A stretch of 63,982 nt of DNA, counting the filler, from Octopus bimaculoides (Eukaryota): NCBI RefSeq assembly GCF_001194135.2. It is 4 parts of 4 records of this genome, joined end to end, with 100 filler letters (N's around TTAATTAATTAA, not from the genome) between each part and the next. Parts side by side here need not be neighbours in the genome. Positions count along the whole stretch, not along the records: positions 61,021 to 63,982 come from NW_026374946.1; 3 more parts are not named here. One strand, 5' to 3'. The notes under the pieces were generated by a model, which saw only the letters and a list, made by a program, of their open reading frames with translations, ran no database searches and had not been told where the DNA came from. The translations under genes were made by a program, and so were the position numbers. Shown piece after piece: positions 60,977 through 63,982 of the stretch (position 1 is the first letter of the stretch; every line of letters begins with the position of its first letter).

Positions 60977-63282
60977 NNNNNNNNNNNNNNNNNNNNNNNN
61001 NNNNNNNNNNNNNNNNNNNNATATACCCTCTCTCTCATACACACATATATATACATGCACAGACACATATAACCATTGACTGCATAAAATCTTCAATGTA
61101 CAGTCAAATATTTCTTTTTACAAATTGATAGTTACTTCGGAGTTTGGTCAAGAAAAGTTCTTCGAACAACAGTGTATAAAGAAAAAGAGAACAAAACAAA
61201 AAGAAACAAAAACAAAAACAAAACAAGACAAATGTTTAACATGCATAAGACATGCTAAGAAAACGGGAGTGCTAATGGATGAAGTGTGATTATCGATAAA
61301 CACTAATAAAGGAAAACATTATTGTGTTGACCAGAGTGGGATTGTATTCAATATACAGCTACTAAGAGGAGATAAGATGAATAGTCTGAAATGCGATTTA
61401 AAAAGGGAAAAGTTCATATATATATATATATATATATATANNNNNNNNNNNNNNNNNNNNNNNNNNNNNNNNNNNNNNNNNNNNNNNNNNNNNNNNNNNN
61501 NNNNNNNNNNNNNNNNNNNNNNNNNNNNNNNNNNNNNNNNNNNNNNNNNNNNNNNNNNNNNNNNNNNNNNNNNNNNNNNNNNNNNNNNNNNNNNNNNNNN
61601 NNNNNNNNNNNNNNNNNNNNNNNNNNNNNNNNNNNNNNNNNNNNNNNNNNNNNNNNNNNNNNNNNNNNNNNNNNNNNNNNNNNNNNNNNNNNNNNNNNNN
61701 NNNNNNNNNNNNNNNNNNNNNNNNNNNNNNNNNNNNNNNNNNNNNNNNNNNNNNNNNNNNNNNNNNNNNNNNNNNNNNNNNNNNNNNNNNNNNNNNNNNN
61801 NNNNNNNNNNNNNNNNNNNNNNNNNNNNNNNNNNNNNNNNNNNNNNNNNNNNNNNNNNNNNNNNNNNNNNNNNNNNNNNNNNNNNNNNNNNNNNNNNNNN
61901 NNNNNNNNNNNNNNNNNNNNNNNNNNNNNNNNNNNNNNNNNNNNNNNNNNNNNNNNNNNNNNNNNNNNNNNNNNNNNNNNNNNNNNNNNNNNNNNNNNNN
62001 NNNNNNNNNNNNNNNNNNNNNNNNNNNNNNNNNNNNNNNNNNNNNNNNNNNNNNNNNNNNNNNNNNNNNNNNNNNNNNNNNNNNNNNNNNNNNNNNNNNN
62101 NNNNNNNNNNNNNNNNNNNNNNNNNNNNNNNNNNNNNNNNNNNNNNNNNNNNNNNNNNNNNNNNNNNNNNNNNNNNNNNNNNNNNNNNNNNNNNNNNNNN
62201 NNNNNNNNNNNNNNNNNNNNNNNNNNNNNNNNNNNNNNNNNNNNNNNNNNNNNNNNNNNNNNNNNNNNNNNNNNNNNNNNNNNNNNNNNNNNNNNNNNNN
62301 NNNNNNNNNNNNNNNNNNNNNNNNNNNNNNNNNNNNNNNNNNNNNNNNNNNNNNNNNNNNNNNNNNNNNNNNNNNNNNNNNNNNNNNNNNNNNNNNNNTA
62401 AATATATGTTGTGATTGAATTATTTGATATTACCCATCCACACCAAATTAATGGCAGGGATTTTTACCATGTTGTTGGTTGCATCGTGGCTCACCAAAAG
62501 TTACAAATAGCAAGACCCCAAAACCATCAGTTTCCAGGTTTAAGTAATCTTATTTTGCAATATTAGGTTACTTAAGTAACCTAATTTTGCAATATTAAGA
62601 GGTCACAGGAATTCATTCAACGAAAAAAAAAAAAAAATTCCAATGATTCCAGGATTTGTGGTGGTGGTGGGATCTCCACATTTTTTCTGAACCAAAATAA
62701 GGGATTTGCAGCATATTAAGAGGTCAGGGTACTTGATTCCACGCAAAAAATCAATTTTTTTTTGTTTTTTTCTTTCTTAGTGAAAATCGTGCGTGTGTTA
62801 ATATTTACCATAATGTTATTTAGCCTCAAATCAACCCGATACTGCAAACCTATCATCAGACACATTCCGGCCTTCAGCAAACAGTCGTTTTAGGGATAAT
62901 CTAGGACATTACGTACAATGGGCGTGTGATTTAGGTAGGGGGATACTTTGGCTGCTATTTTTAGCGTGTCGAGCGACCAGGTAGAAGCTCTTTCATTGGT
63001 TCGATTGTGTGATGAGATTTTTTTACATATATATGTAATATGTATATATATCATCCGCAGAAGTTAGAGAGTAAGTCAAAAGCTGAGAGTTTCGTGTATT
63101 GGCATTTATGAAACACGAATTTGTCCATTGTCACTCTGCAACTTCTGACGAAATAACTTCTAAAATACAAAATTTTGTCCAAAACATTAAGAGTAAACAT
63201 TGTTCTATGTGACACATTCTACCAGTATCGGAAGTTTGGAAGTGTTTAGTTTAAAAAAATCAAATAATCTGTACGTCTAATT

Positions 63283-63365
63283 GAATAGATCCGAAATGGA
63301 TGAAAGGCAAAGTCGACCACGACGGAATTTGAACTCAGAATGTAAAGATAGACGAAATGCCGCTT
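63283..63365 (-). mobile_element. SINE family A fragment
   Basis: GGATGAAAGGCAAAGTCGACC...ATTTGAACTCAGAA. Confidence 0.75.
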
Positions 63366-63699
63366 CTAAAATACAAAATTTTGTCAAAAACGATAAGAGT
63401 AAACCCTGTTCTATGCATTTTTTTTGTCATTTAAACCTAAGAAAAATATACCTTATTTTAAGATCAAAAAAATTATGTTAATTGAAGATGAATATCTGCT
63501 TTACTGCCCACCTTGAGGTCTGACATATTTTAATGTAACTTTTTTTCTACTGAACCAAATCTCAAACTATTTATGCCAAAGTGTAGCTGAGAAGGTGTTC
63601 CCTTTAAAACTACTAACAGTTTGCAATTTATTTGATAACTGAATTAGTGATGAAGCTTGGAATATATTCAACAACTACCGTGGTGAATGATATTAATAC

Positions 63700-63764
<65 letters not shown>

Positions 63765-63769
63765 CATAT

Positions 63770-63905
63770 ATGGGTACAGGATATCACCAACTGTGTAAAC
63801 AACATGAAGTACGAAAACAAACGAGTTAAATACGCAAACAACGAGAGAAAAATGGAAAACAGGACAAGTAACACGGAGAACGACTTTTCATCGGTTGTCA
63901 GCAAC
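63770..63905 (-). mobile_element. Third copy of the family 3 PLE-like terminal repeat
   Basis: ATATGGGTACAGGA...CATGAAGTACGAAAACAA...AACAGGACAAGTAACAC matches 55081-55212. Confidence 0.85.
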
Positions 63906-63942
63906 CTATCGGTGTAGTCTCTGTTAAACGTCCCCCGGTGTA

Positions 63943-63982
<40 letters not shown>

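Noticed and set aside
4990-62414. Many long ORFs dominated by X
   Set aside because: They stay open only because they run through N gaps.

Overview
AT-rich, microsatellite-dense eukaryotic genomic DNA with many N gaps. The repeat families and composition point to a coleoid cephalopod, most likely Octopus (inference). Three artificial 100-nt scaffold-join markers (44N-TTAATTAATTAA-44N) split the window into four separately assembled blocks. Only one host gene is recognisable: a + strand 11-beta-hydroxysteroid dehydrogenase type 1-like short-chain dehydrogenase/reductase (HSD11B1L-like). It has five clear coding exons (533-663, 2865-2963, 5580-5793, 9462-9599, 13530-13753) and a problematic candidate first exon near 87-252. 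The remaining ~50 kb is a transposon graveyard: several tRNA-derived SINE families, RTE, RTE-X-like, CR1-like, R4/Dong-like and Hero-like LINEs, Penelope-like elements (PLE), a Helitron helicase fragment, a Helentron-type non-autonomous element, a split hAT transposase and fold-back MITE-like elements. The most notable signal is a repeat made of a tRNA-derived head, a (TAA)n run and a minimal hammerhead ribozyme tail. It occurs three times, always as a head-to-head inverted pair around the same centre sequence, and one pair encloses a Penelope ORF fragment. Two further hammerhead-like repeat families and a degenerate motif are also present. Most long ORFs in the supplied track are artefacts of N runs or simple repeats. 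All family assignments come from motif recognition by eye, not database searches.
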